Positions 1 to 14,079 of a stretch of 64,000 bases of DNA are shown piece by piece. The notes below the pieces were generated by a model. That model was not told where the DNA came from, made no database searches, and worked only from the letters and a program-made list of their open reading frames with translations. Source of the DNA: an uncultured Planctomycetaceae bacterium (GTDB taxonomy: Bacteria; Planctomycetota; Planctomycetia; Isosphaerales; Isosphaeraceae); assembly GCA_963833985.1 (NCBI GenBank), contig CAWIAD010000002.1, forward strand, positions 96,001-160,000, given 5' to 3'. Position numbers and translations under genes: made by a program. The first letter of the stretch is position 1. Each line of letters opens with the position of its first letter.

Positions 1-1
1 T

Positions 2-370
2 CGGATCGACGATACGGTCCAGTACCTCATGGTCGATGCCCTGGGTCTCGACTTCCTGACCAACGCGTTCACGGCCCAATACCGCGACGGCGAAGCCGAG
101 TTCACCGCCTTCGTCGCGCGTTGCAAGTCAGCGACCAACGCCACAGAAGTCCTGGCCAGGTACAGGGCCCACCTCGAAGAATTCGGCAAGATGGCCGAAC
201 CGGCCAGAATCGAAGGGGCGTCGGTCATGTTCGCCGACATGGGCGATGGCGAGTTCGACGGCGCCTGCCAGGTCGGCGACGTCATCGCCGGCGTCACGGC
301 GGTCAAGGGCCGCGACGCGGCCGTCAAGGCCATGACCTTCCTGCTCAAAGGACTGAGGATCCCGAAATGA
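2..370 (+). CDS. 3' part of a hypothetical protein (possibly DUF6599-like), truncated by window start
   Basis: Frame is open from the window edge (RIDDTVQYLMVDALGLDFLTNAFTAQY...); host-like codon usage; TGA at 368-370. Confidence 0.6.
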   Translation, partial: RIDDTVQYLMVDALGLDFLTNAFTAQYRDGEAEFTAFVARCKSATNATEVLARYRAHLEEFGKMAEPARIEGASVMFADMGDGEFDGACQVGDVIAGVTAVKGRDAAVKAMTFLLKGLRIPK

Positions 371-440
371 CCTGGCGCGGCGTCTGCTGATAGGCCAGGA
401 GGTTGGCCATTCCCTGTACCAGTGGGCAAGGTAAATGACG

Positions 441-1058
441 CACCGTGGTGCAAGCTAATCGACGGGTCGAAGGCTTTCTGGACGCCCTCCATCAAGCTGC
501 TCAAGAATCGCCGATTTCGGAGCAACTTTCTTGAACACGCACAGGCGTGAGTAGCAAGGGAACAGGAAACTGGAATAAGCCCGCTGCATGAACTTGCTCA
601 GTCGCTGCACAACGACGTCAAGCGAGGTGCGCTATTGCCCCCGACATTACCAAGAGGAGGAGAAGCAATGTGACCTCTACGACAGCCAGAGCGAAGGCAC
701 CCAGAGCCAGAGGACATCTGCGATGCCTACGCCACATGACCAACGAGAAGGCGAAGACGCCCGGAATACCGAGAAGCAGCAGGCTCGGACCGAGCCAGGC
801 CAGGGGGTGACCTCAGCAGTAAGCCTTCGCAAGCCAATTGCCCGTGACCGGCAGGACTGCGGTATAGGCCAGGGCCAAGCTCCCGTCTCGAGTGCATCCA
901 TCCTTAATCGAGGCCATCATGTTCCCCTCGCTCGTGGTGTGAGTGGTCATAGTACATTGCCACACCGTGGTGCAAGATAATCGATGGGACTGGGCTTTCA
1001 CGACGCCGTCAGTTAAGCTGCTCAAGAATCGCCGGTTTCGCAGCAGTTATCTTGATCA
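441..1058. repeat. Two ~97-bp imperfect direct repeats (441-537, 963-1058), each with an internal imperfect palindrome
   Basis: caccgtggtgcaag..taatcga...aagctgctcaagaatcgccg.tttcg.agca...tcttga present twice; ~80% identity by manual alignment. Confidence 0.8.
618..920 (-). pseudogene. Small membrane protein with an in-frame TGA at 813-815
   Basis: MMASIKDG...AKAYC*GHPLAWLGPSLLLLGIPGVFAFSLVMWRR...LALGAFALAVVEVTLLLLLLVMSGAIAHLA*; two hydrophobic helices; GAGGGG RBS-like sequence upstream. Confidence 0.45.
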
Positions 1059-1192
1059 TAGACACGTGCATATCTGGTCCAACCTCCAACTCCTCCCGCA
1101 TCATCGACAGACCGGTCGCCCGCATCGAGGGCATATTGGCCCAGCGAATGGTGCGACCAGTGCCGCCGAAGGATACCCTCGAACGGCGTCGA

Positions 1193-2263
1193 TCAAACCT
1201 TAACGAAGAACTCCGCCGAGCGCTGAACAGCTGCGAGGTTCTCTTTGAAATGGGCGAAATTCTGCATGTCGGAATTGACCACGTCGACGCCGTGGGCGAG
1301 GACGAATGCGTAGGACCGTTGCCAGGGCGAAAGCCCCGATTGCATCAACTGGTCGTTGTAGTGCCCGTCGAAGGCCTTCTCCAGCTGCTTACCGCCGCGG
1401 GACGACAGGTAGCGGGCCGCCTTCATGCCGACGAGACCGATGCCGGCGTCCCGGGCGCGCTGGAGCGTGGGCTGAAGCTCGACCATGGCCGGAGTGCCGG
1501 CAAGGAGACTCTTCGAATCCCAGTCGTACCACCCGGCAGGTGTGATGGCGATCATGGCGAGGTCGTACCAGCCCGTTCCAATCATGGCCTCGAGGACCTG
1601 CTGCGCGCTCTTGTGGGTACTCACGCCCCAGTGGCCCACCTTCCCGGCCTGTTTCGCCTTCAGGAAGGCCTCATGCAGTTGCTCGCAGCGGACGACCTCC
1701 GGGTCGCCGACGCCCATGAGGTAGTAGGCGTCCACATAGTCGGTACCCAGATCGGTGAGGCTCGCATTGAGCAGACCCGTCCAGTAATCGGCCAGAAACC
1801 TGCCTTGCTCGACGGTCAAGGGCTTGCCCGGCTCGTGGCCGTCAATGGGACGCAACGGTGCCTTGGACGTGACCCAGATCTTGCCGCGGTGCGCCGCGAG
1901 GAAGGGGGCGAAGGCGCGCTCGCTCCCCTTGTAATAGGCGTTGGAGCCGAGATCGTAGAAGTTCACGCCCGCGTCGAACGCCGCATTGAGCAGCCGGACG
2001 GCTTTCCCGCCCATCAGCGCCGCACCGCCGCCGAAGACGAGGCGGCTGCACAGGAAATTCGTCCGGCCGAGCTTGCGGTAAGGCATGCCGCTCCGCTCGT
2101 TGCGGTGGATCAGGCCGTCGGCCGGCGCGTCCTGGGCCCGCGCCGACGGCGCGGGGGCCGGCGCGTCCTGGGCCCGTGCCGACGTTGCGACGGCCGCCGT
2201 GGCAGTGGCGGCGGTGGTGGTCTTGATGAATGCCCGGCGGTTCATCTCATTCGGCGTGGTCAT
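1193..2263 (-). CDS. Aldo/keto reductase with Tat signal peptide
   Basis: NRRAFIK twin-arginine motif; YRKLGRT..CSRLVFGG, GVNFYD, SLTDLGTDYVDAYY, GKVGHWGVSTH motifs of AKRs. Confidence 0.85.
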   Translation of the reverse strand: MTTPNEMNRRAFIKTTTAATATAAVATSARAQDAPAPAPSARAQDAPADGLIHRNERSGMPYRKLGRTNFLCSRLVFGGGAALMGGKAVRLLNAAFDAGVNFYDLGSNAYYKGSERAFAPFLAAHRGKIWVTSKAPLRPIDGHEPGKPLTVEQGRFLADYWTGLLNASLTDLGTDYVDAYYLMGVGDPEVVRCEQLHEAFLKAKQAGKVGHWGVSTHKSAQQVLEAMIGTGWYDLAMIAITPAGWYDWDSKSLLAGTPAMVELQPTLQRARDAGIGLVGMKAARYLSSRGGKQLEKAFDGHYNDQLMQSGLSPWQRSYAFVLAHGVDVVNSDMQNFAHFKENLAAVQRSAEFFVKV

Positions 2264-2534
2264 AACGCTACCCCTGGAGCTGGACGATTCCCACCTTGTT
2301 GCCACTCACCACGCTAGCTGGACGGACGCATTGCGTCAATCTTCGCCGCCATTCGCCCAGGATTGGTGATCAGGGCGGGCGTCCGTGGGATCCACCACTC
2401 CCGGGAGGTGCGGCATGGAGCTCCGCGTGATCTCTTCACCCCAGGCAGCCTGCTCAACGAGACGGGAGAGATGGTTCTTGCCTCGAAAGAGTCGACGGTG
2501 CTCGTGGGCCTCAGGTTCCAACCACGCCTGGCTC

Positions 2535-2662
2535 AGGGTGCAACAGGGACAGGGGTGCAGCAGGGACACAGGGTGCAGCAGTGACAGGTGCAGCAGGGAC
2601 AGACAGGTGCAGCAGGGAGGTGCAGCAGGGACAGGTGCAGCAGGGGTGCAGCAGGGACAGGC
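2535..2662. repeat. Degenerate tandem array of GGTGCAGCAGGGACA units (about 8)
   Basis: Directly visible; unit length about 11-19 bp, no unique spacers. Confidence 0.85.
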
Positions 2663-2710
2663 GATGCATTCTTGCGTCGCTGGTCCGCCGGTCCCGGCGC
2701 TCGGCGCGTA

Positions 2711-2750
2711 CGGCACATGGCCACGTGCGTCAGCACGTGGCCATGTGCCG
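2711..2750. repeat. Perfect 18-bp hairpin, with a partial second copy at ~3034-3070
   Basis: cggcacatggccacgtgc-gtca-gcacgtggccatgtgccg. Confidence 0.85.
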
Positions 2751-2790
2751 CAGAGTGGCATCGTCCCAGGATGGCCTTGGCGCGCCGACC

Positions 2791-2882
2791 GTAAGGTGGG
2801 TCAGCGTAGCGCAACCCACCGGCTGGCAGGGCCTTGCGTGCGCCGAACCGCACACGCCGTACGACGTCCTGGGACGATGCCC
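2791..2882 (+). repeat. GTAG-type REP-like palindrome starting a ~90-bp inverted repeat (left copy)
   Basis: gtaaggtgggtcagcgtagcgcaacccacc...; matches the reverse complement of 4553-4644 (46/52 in the first part). Confidence 0.75.
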
Positions 2883-3439
2883 GCAGAGTCCATCACGCCC
2901 GCGCACGGTGGCGTGCGTCGCGGGCTCCAGGTGTGTCGGGTGTGTCCAGCGCAGCGACGACGCACCGTTTTGCGTTCCTGGCTTCCTCACTGGTCGGGCT
3001 CACGCCCGAGGTTGGGGGCTGCGCCCGTGAAAACCACGTGCTCACGCACGTGGCCATGTGCCGCAGAGTCCATGGCGCTGGCGCACCTGGCCATGCGCCC
3101 GGGCTCCAGGCGGAGAAGTCATGGTGCGCGCCCCGGCAGGCAAGGATTGCGTGCCCTGCGGCGACGCAGATGCGGACGCAGACGCCCCGGCACGCAAGCA
3201 TCGCCTGCCGTACGAATACACCTGCCCGACGGCTGAGGGGGAAACCAAAAATTTCTCCGGATTCCTCCGGTTTTTGGCAGTTTCGGTCGGATCCTCATAG
3301 ATAGACGGCAGATCCCGGCGCATCGGCCGCGGCTCGCCGAGGGAGGTCGCTCCCCGCGCCGCTCCTCGGTGAACCAGCAGCCAGGGCCGCTCTGCGCACC
3401 GCATACACGACCTGCACTACAAGCAAAGAGAGCAACTCC

Positions 3440-4897
3440 GTGGCCACCACAGCCCAGATCGCGGCCAATCGCCGCAACGCCGCAAAAAGCACGGGGCCGA
3501 AGAGCGACCAAGGCAAGGCCCGCGCCCGGCTCAACGCGCTGAGGCATGGCGCCAACGCCCGCATCGCCATACCGGTCCTTCCCCAGGAAGATCCGAAGGA
3601 GCTCGCCGAACGGGTCCTCCAGTGGACGTTCGAACTCGTGCCGCGCAACGACGTCGAACGCACTCTGGTCGGCCACGCAGCACGCATCGACTGGCAGATC
3701 GACCGCGCCGAGCGGGCCGAGACGGCTTACCTCGCGGCTCGCGTGCACCGCCAGCGCGACCGCGACGAGGCCACGCGGCTGAAGCAGGCCCACATCCTGG
3801 GCCGCGAGCTGCTGGATACCCTCGACCCGCGCGAGCGGTTCGGCAAAGCCGAGTACTACGAGGACATGCCCGCCGTCTTCCTCGCCCGGCTCGAGCAGCT
3901 CCCCGAGGGCTGCCGCTGGCTGCTGGCGCGGTGGTCCGAGTTCCGCAACCTCATCGACGTGCGGGCCGCCTGGAGCGAGACCGACCACTACCGGTTCCTG
4001 CGGCTCATGGGCAAGAGCTTCCTGGAAGGCATGATCGACCCGGCCGCCAACCGCGTATTCCAGGCCGTCGATGCGATCAAGCCGGATCAGGGCCGCGAGC
4101 TCTGGGAATTGTTCCGCAACATGAAAGCCAGCTCCGGCCCCTATTTCAGCGGCGCGATGCCGTGGCGGCGCCTGTCTCGCCCGCCGGCGAACGCGAAAGA
4201 GGGCTGGGAGGTCCTCAGCTCGATCGTGGACGAGGCGATCCACCGGCTGGAAGCGCGGCTCGGCGAGCACGAGGACCTGGAGCAGATCGAAGCCGACGCC
4301 GAGCCCGACCGCGCGGTCTTCGCCGCCAGCAAGGCCGTCGCGGTCCTGCGCCGGCACCAGGGTGCGCTGACCCGTGAGCTGCTGCGTACGCTGACCACGC
4401 TGTCGAAGCTGCAAAAAGCCGAGCTCGGCGCCGACAACAATAATGAAGCCGACCGCCCCCCCATGCCGGTTGTCCATGAGCCGCAGATCGGCCCCGCGCC
4501 GGAGCCAGTCGCACGTCAACCACACGATGAATCGCGCAACGGCCGGAATGAAGGGGATGGTCCCGGGATGGCGTCGAGCGGGGGCATCTCGCCGCACGCA
4601 AAGGTCTGCAAGCCGGTGGGTTGCGCTGCGCTGACCCACCCTACGGGGGGTTCTTCAAGAGTTATTGCGAGTATCCTGAACGAAGCCAATGATCTGGCGA
4701 CGCAAGTGGAGAGTGGCAGAGAGGATACAGCCATTGCAGAGCGCAAAGGGACGCCAGAACGGAGCCAATCGAGCGCAGACGTCGGGAGGTGTGCCAGCGG
4801 AGCCGGCAATGGCCAGGGAGGAAAAGGAAGCGGAAAGGAGGAAGAGGGAGGCAGAAGACAGAGGAACGGTCATGGATGCACACCGATGAACAACTAG
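3440..4897 (+). CDS. Conserved hypothetical protein with QIAANRRNAxxSTGP..GK...NALxHG N-terminal motif
   Basis: N-terminal motif recognised from a widespread uncharacterised family; helical body; low-complexity tail containing a REP copy; GTG start. Confidence 0.75.
   Translation: MATTAQIAANRRNAAKSTGPKSDQGKARARLNALRHGANARIAIPVLPQEDPKELAERVLQWTFELVPRNDVERTLVGHAARIDWQIDRAERAETAYLAARVHRQRDRDEATRLKQAHILGRELLDTLDPRERFGKAEYYEDMPAVFLARLEQLPEGCRWLLARWSEFRNLIDVRAAWSETDHYRFLRLMGKSFLEGMIDPAANRVFQAVDAIKPDQGRELWELFRNMKASSGPYFSGAMPWRRLSRPPANAKEGWEVLSSIVDEAIHRLEARLGEHEDLEQIEADAEPDRAVFAASKAVAVLRRHQGALTRELLRTLTTLSKLQKAELGADNNNEADRPPMPVVHEPQIGPAPEPVARQPHDESRNGRNEGDGPGMASSGGISPHAKVCKPVGCAALTHPTGGSSRVIASILNEANDLATQVESGREDTAIAERKGTPERSQSSADVGRCASGAGNGQGGKGSGKEEEGGRRQRNGHGCTPMNN
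4553..4644 (-). repeat. GTAG-type REP-like palindrome / inverted repeat (right copy)
   Basis: Minus strand reads gtagggtgggtcagcgcagcgcaacccaccggcttgcag... Confidence 0.75.
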
Positions 4898-5330
4898 GGG
4901 CATCAGGGAAGGGAAGATGGGGAAAAGAAAAAGGGCCAAGGGCTGCGCGGACCCGGACAGGCGCTTGCCCGGAGCAGGTGACGCTGGATGGGGCGGTGCG
5001 GATGGAGGCTCCAGGCGGCACGCGGCAAGAAGTGAACAGCCGAAGGTAGACAATCAGGGAGCCGTCCTGGCCGATTTCCCGATTTCGCCGGTAATCTTGC
5101 TCGTTTCCCCGTTTGCGACCGGTGATCGGCTTGAACGTCGTCCTGGTTCCTGGCATGATTGATGCTTTAGCTTTCTGGAAGACATCGATGAGTGACCGGA
5201 CCAGCCCCCCCGCCTGGGGATGAAGCCGTGACGGGCCGGTTCAAGGACGAGATCGAGACAACGGCGGGCACCCAGGCGACACAACCCGGTATCGGGCTTG
5301 AAGATCGTCGGCTCGCCGGGAGGGTGTGGG

Positions 5331-6716
5331 TTGCGAATCACGTTCCATGGTGCCACCCGGCAAATTACCGGGAGCGCCCATCTTTTGGAGATTGGCTCAT
5401 ACCGTCTGCTGCTGGATTGCGGATTGTTCGACTCCGACCGGATCGATCCGAATAGCCCGAACCGTCAGCTTGGCTTCGACCCCCGGCTGCTCGACGCGGT
5501 CATTGTCTCGCATGCTCATAACGACCACATCGGCCGGCTGCCGTACCTGGTGAAGGCGGGATACAACGGCCCGATTTATGTCACCCCCGCGACGGGCGAC
5601 ATCACCAGCGTGATGCTCCGCGACAGTGCCCGGATCCAGCGCGAGGAGGTACGTAACGCCCATCTACGCTATCCCCACATCGAGACGCCCGACCCGCTCT
5701 TCGACCTGCTGGACGTGGAGTGGGTGATCGAGCGGCTCGACCGGGTTCCCTACGAAGAGCCGCGTGAGCTCGTGCCGGGCGTGACGCTGACCTACAAGGA
5801 CGCCGGGCACATCCTGGGCTCGGCCATCGTCCAGATCGACTTCTCCGAGAACGGCCGCAGCCGCCGGTTCGTGTTCACGGGCGACCTGGGCCGGAGGAAC
5901 ACCAGCTTGCTGCCAGACCCGGCCCTGGTGCGCGACATCGACATCCTGGTCTCCGAGAGCACCTACGGCAGTCGCGAGCTCGACCCTTACGATCGCCTGA
6001 TGAAGCAGCTTCACGCCATCGTGGCCCGCGCAGCCCGGCTGCAAAGCAAGATCGTCATTCCGGCATTCAGCCTGGGCCGCACCCAGCGCATGGTTTACTG
6101 CCTGCAAGAGCTATTCGCCGTCCACAAGGTCCGGCCGATCCCGATCTATGTGGACAGTCCGCTCGCCAGCCGGCTGACCGAGATCCACCGCGACCATCCC
6201 GAGGCCTACACGCCGCATGCACGCAGCCTCATGGATCGTGATCCGGTCTACTTCGGCTCCAGGTTCGTGGAGTTTTGCCAGTCCTGGAACGATTCGCGCC
6301 GGCTCAATTATCTGAGCGGTCCCATGATCATCATCTCATCCTCGGGCATGTGCGAGGCGGGGCGTATCCGGCATCATCTGCGGCACGTCGTCTCCGACCC
6401 GGACTGCGCGATTGTGATCGTCAGCTTCCAGGCAGAGGGAACGCTGGGACGGAAGCTCTCCGAGGGCGTGGAGCGGGTGCAGATTCTCGACCAGTGGTAC
6501 GACCTGAACGCGGCCGTGTACGTGCTCGACGGCTTCTCGGGCCACGGTGACCGCAACGACCTGGGCTGGTGGTACGAGCAGACCGGCGGCAACATCGAGC
6601 ACGCCTTCCTGGTGCACGGCGAGCCCGAGTCCATGGCGTCGCTATCGGAACTGCTCCAGCCGCACGTCAAGAGCCCCGTGGTGCTGCCCGAGCTGCACTC
6701 CAGCTATGAGGTCTGA
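5331..6716 (+). CDS. MBL-fold beta-CASP ribonuclease
   Basis: LLDCG, SHAHNDHIG, AGHILGS, FTGDLG, ESTYG, IPAFSLGRTQ, SGMCEAG, FSGHGD, LVHGE motifs; TTG start after GGAGGG. Confidence 0.9.
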   Translation: MRITFHGATRQITGSAHLLEIGSYRLLLDCGLFDSDRIDPNSPNRQLGFDPRLLDAVIVSHAHNDHIGRLPYLVKAGYNGPIYVTPATGDITSVMLRDSARIQREEVRNAHLRYPHIETPDPLFDLLDVEWVIERLDRVPYEEPRELVPGVTLTYKDAGHILGSAIVQIDFSENGRSRRFVFTGDLGRRNTSLLPDPALVRDIDILVSESTYGSRELDPYDRLMKQLHAIVARAARLQSKIVIPAFSLGRTQRMVYCLQELFAVHKVRPIPIYVDSPLASRLTEIHRDHPEAYTPHARSLMDRDPVYFGSRFVEFCQSWNDSRRLNYLSGPMIIISSSGMCEAGRIRHHLRHVVSDPDCAIVIVSFQAEGTLGRKLSEGVERVQILDQWYDLNAAVYVLDGFSGHGDRNDLGWWYEQTGGNIEHAFLVHGEPESMASLSELLQPHVKSPVVLPELHSSYEV

Positions 6717-6748
6717 GTGAGGTGTGACCGGTCAACATGAAGCGGGCG

Positions 6749-7444
6749 TCAACGACGATGGGCCTGGTTCGGCTCGTGCTCCCGAGCGGCATTCTCCGGC
6801 CCGCCATGCTGGCACGAGCGCAGGATGGCCAGCGCCCGGCGCACCGCGGCCAGATTCTCGCGTTCGTTGAGCCAGCGGCTGACTCCGGAGGGGTGGGGCA
6901 GGGGGATGTAGCAGACGCCGTCGCGGACGGTCGCCGTCCCCACCACGGCGGTGAGCGAGGCGACGCGCCCCAGAAACGTGCGGATGGCCAGCAAGCCCAC
7001 CAGCAGCACAATCCGCGGCTCGAGCATCTGGATCAGTTCGTCAAGCCAGGGCCGGCAGAGCGCTTGCTCCCGCGGCGAGGGGACGCGATCGCCTCTGGCG
7101 CCTGCGAGCCGTCCGGGGTAGCACCGCGTGACGGCCGCGAAGTGCACCCTGCGGTAGAAGTCTTCGCGTGGGATGCCCGCCTGCTCCAGCCAGTCGCGCA
7201 GCTTCTCGCCCGCTGCGCCGGCGAAGGGGCGGTCGTGCAGGGTTGCCCGCAGGCCGGGGGCCTGGCCGATCAGCAGGATGCGCGGGAGGGGCGCATCGGG
7301 CTCTGGGTCACGGGCGATCGGCACGGATGCGCGGTCGTCCAGGAAGCCGGCTTCATGGCACTTGCGGCAGGCACGAAGCCGCGCGTTGAGCACGACAAGG
7401 CGGTTGCGGGCAAGAGCAGCACCTGCGGCGTTCGACTTCATCAC
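6749..7444 (-). CDS. Uracil-DNA glycosylase family protein
   Basis: CRKC, LIGQAPG, PFAGAAG, RCYPG, LPHPS motifs. Confidence 0.85.
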   Translation of the reverse strand: MMKSNAAGAALARNRLVVLNARLRACRKCHEAGFLDDRASVPIARDPEPDAPLPRILLIGQAPGLRATLHDRPFAGAAGEKLRDWLEQAGIPREDFYRRVHFAAVTRCYPGRLAGARGDRVPSPREQALCRPWLDELIQMLEPRIVLLVGLLAIRTFLGRVASLTAVVGTATVRDGVCYIPLPHPSGVSRWLNERENLAAVRRALAILRSCQHGGPENAAREHEPNQAHRR

Positions 7445-7629
7445 GGTAAGCTCGGCTCTGGGAGGCCACCGGGGGACCTGGCCTTGACCCTGACCGGTCA
7501 GGCGACGTCATCGGCATGCCCTCGGTCAAGTCCGAGCCCGCCTCGAGTCAGGCGGGCCGGGCGTTGACTGCGAAAGTACGGCACGCAGGCTCTTGACTCG
7601 ATCATCTCCGGACGTGGCAGACATCAGGA

Positions 7630-8259
7630 TCATTCCGCAGGGGAGGGGACTTCGTCATACTCATCTTCAACAACATCGAACAGTTCGGGCAATGGGATCG
7701 CCAGGCGCGGCAGCAGGGTGCTGCTTGCCTCCTCTGCACCGCGGTAAACTTGCTCGATCCAGGAATCTCCATCCCGCACCAGAACCGTGACGGTCTGCGT
7801 CACCGGATCGACAATCCAGTACTCGCGAATGCCGAAGGCCAGGTACTCCTCTCGCTTGATCACGTAGTCGCGTTCTCGAGCCTCGTTCCCCTGCGATACG
7901 ACTTCCATGACAAGTGCGGGAGGTCTGCGGCGCCTTTTGTCCCTGGGGGTATTTCGGAGTGTCACCGCGACATCCGGGTTACGTCCGGAGACCATGCGGG
8001 GTAGCCAGAGCCTGTATTCGCCAGCTCCTCCGGCTCGGTGGATGATTCCGGGGTGCTTTTGCTGATTGATCGCCAGCGCAGAAACAAGCTTCCAGACGAT
8101 CTCCCCATGCGGGTCGTTCGGGACTTCGGTCACTTCAAGAATTCCTCGGGCCAGCTCGTAGCGGTATCCTTCTTCGGCCTCGGCCTCGAGGAATTCCTCG
8201 AGAGTCATCTTTCGGCCCTGGTCGGCCGGGCTGATGCGGATGGCGTTCACGGTGGCCAT
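7630..8259 (-). CDS. Uma2 family (DUF820) PD-(D/E)XK endonuclease
   Basis: YELARG, RNPDVAV, EVVS, RDY..KREEYLAFGIREYWIVDP. Confidence 0.9.
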   Translation of the reverse strand: MATVNAIRISPADQGRKMTLEEFLEAEAEEGYRYELARGILEVTEVPNDPHGEIVWKLVSALAINQQKHPGIIHRAGGAGEYRLWLPRMVSGRNPDVAVTLRNTPRDKRRRRPPALVMEVVSQGNEARERDYVIKREEYLAFGIREYWIVDPVTQTVTVLVRDGDSWIEQVYRGAEEASSTLLPRLAIPLPELFDVVEDEYDEVPSPAE

Positions 8260-8420
8260 GGAAGTTGCGACCTCCGGCGGTTTGTTTTCTCGGTTTCCAT
8301 TGTACCAGAGGCTGCTTGCGATCCTGGTTCAGCCAGGGGCCTGAAGGAGAGCGGCCCGCCAGTTCATGGGGTGAACTGGCGGGCCGCCCTTGGATCACGC
8401 TTGGTGGAAGCCGGTCGAGC

Positions 8421-12680
<4,260 letters not shown>

Positions 12681-13095
12681 GAGACACTCTCCTCCGCGGG
12701 CCGTCGGCTGCGCCGATGCGGGGTGGTTGGTGGGTGAAAGCAACGGTCCGGCCCGTCGTGCTTGCGCCCGAGCGAGCGACCGCCCAACTCTCCAGGTACG
12801 GCAAGTACTGCGATCACCATGTCAGATCGCGGACCACCGTCGCGGGTTCATCGCCATGGCTCCCCGCAGGTTGGTCCGTGAAAACAAAAAAATTCCGCGA
12901 GCCGGCCATCCTGCCTTGCCAGGAAGGCGGCTGCGGTGAGTCGGGTCGCTCTCAGACCCAGGGGAACAAGCCGGTTTCCTCCTTGACCGGTGGAGCGGTC
13001 AAACCCCAGCATGATGCCTCGATTCCTCGACCGTAGCGGCACGCCTGCAGCCCCAGAATCGTCGGACCGGGCACTCGGTGGAGTCGCAAATTTCG

Positions 13096-13156
13096 ATAGT
13101 AAGCAATCTCAGGACCAAATCCAAGTGAAAAAGTTGTAATTTTGGAATTTTTTTCT
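13096..13156 (-). promoter_or_regulatory. Putative sigma70 promoter for rpoC with AT-rich UP-like element
   Basis: Minus strand TTGGAT-N17-TACTAT preceded by A/T tracts, conspicuous in GC-rich DNA. Confidence 0.5.
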
Positions 13157-13333
13157 CAAGCAGAACAGGGAATCCAACGACTCGAGCAAGTCGAGCGACC
13201 GTCCGGCACCGCAGTCCATCCACCAAACCCATCTCAAAAGAGGAGAGCGAATGGGCAGCGAGGATGTCAACCCGTCGCTCGGGCATCGCATGCCTGGATC
13301 GCTTGCGTCAGACTTGATCCTCGATCTCCTGCG

Positions 13334-13951
13334 TCAGGCTTGATTTTCCTCCGTATCGACCCACAACTGTGCCACGGCCATTGCGAAACCGGGAGGCAGG
13401 CCGCTCTCGATGGGATCGTCGCCGCTGAACCGGCGCTCGGACCAGCATGGCCGGCCTGCTTCCTCGGTGCGGGAAAGCACCACGACATGGCGCTCCTGGG
13501 GATCGACGATCCAGTACTCCCGGAGGCCGAGCGCGAGGTATTCCTCGGCTTTCTCCTCATAATCACGCTCGCGGGCGCGCCGGCCGCTCGAGACAATCTC
13601 CACGGCGAGGTCGGGACGCTGGCGGTTGCGGTACATCCGTGCGAAGTCGCGAAAGATCACTGCGAGGTCGGGATGACGATCGGACTCCAGCTCGACGAGG
13701 ATGAACCGCACGTCGCTGCCGTGGGCGAAGCGTTGGATCAGGCCGGGATGCTCGGCTCGATACTTGCTGAGCGCCTCGTGCAGGTTGTCAAGGATCTGTC
13801 CATGATCATCGCCGGGCACCTCGGTCACTTCGAGCAGTCCTCGCGACAGCTCGTAAAGATACCCGGGTTGCTCGTCGGCCTCGTGGAAGTCCTCGAGGGT
13901 CATGCGTCGGCCGTCGTCGGCCGGGCCGATACGCAGCTTGACGGTCGGCAT
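13334..13951 (-). CDS. Uma2 family endonuclease
   Basis: IGPADDGRRMTLE, YELSRG, RHPDLAV, EIVS, GLREYWIVDP. Confidence 0.9.
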   Translation of the reverse strand: MPTVKLRIGPADDGRRMTLEDFHEADEQPGYLYELSRGLLEVTEVPGDDHGQILDNLHEALSKYRAEHPGLIQRFAHGSDVRFILVELESDRHPDLAVIFRDFARMYRNRQRPDLAVEIVSSGRRARERDYEEKAEEYLALGLREYWIVDPQERHVVVLSRTEEAGRPCWSERRFSGDDPIESGLPPGFAMAVAQLWVDTEENQA

Positions 13952-14079
13952 GGCGGCTCCTGATCTCCCCGGTTCATGGTCCTCGCGAGTACCCGCTTGT
14001 ATCCTAGCCGGGCACGGCCTTAGAATCCAGCGAGGGCAAGCACCGGGCATGTCCGAACATGCTTGCAGGAACGATTTCG

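Noticed and set aside
441..1058. Integron attC or XerCD dif sites
   Set aside because: No RYYYAAC/GTTRRRY box pair, no XerD arm, no integrase in the window
2535..2662. Possible CRISPR array (also considered at 60163-60343)
   Set aside because: No constant-length repeats with unique spacers, and no cas genes
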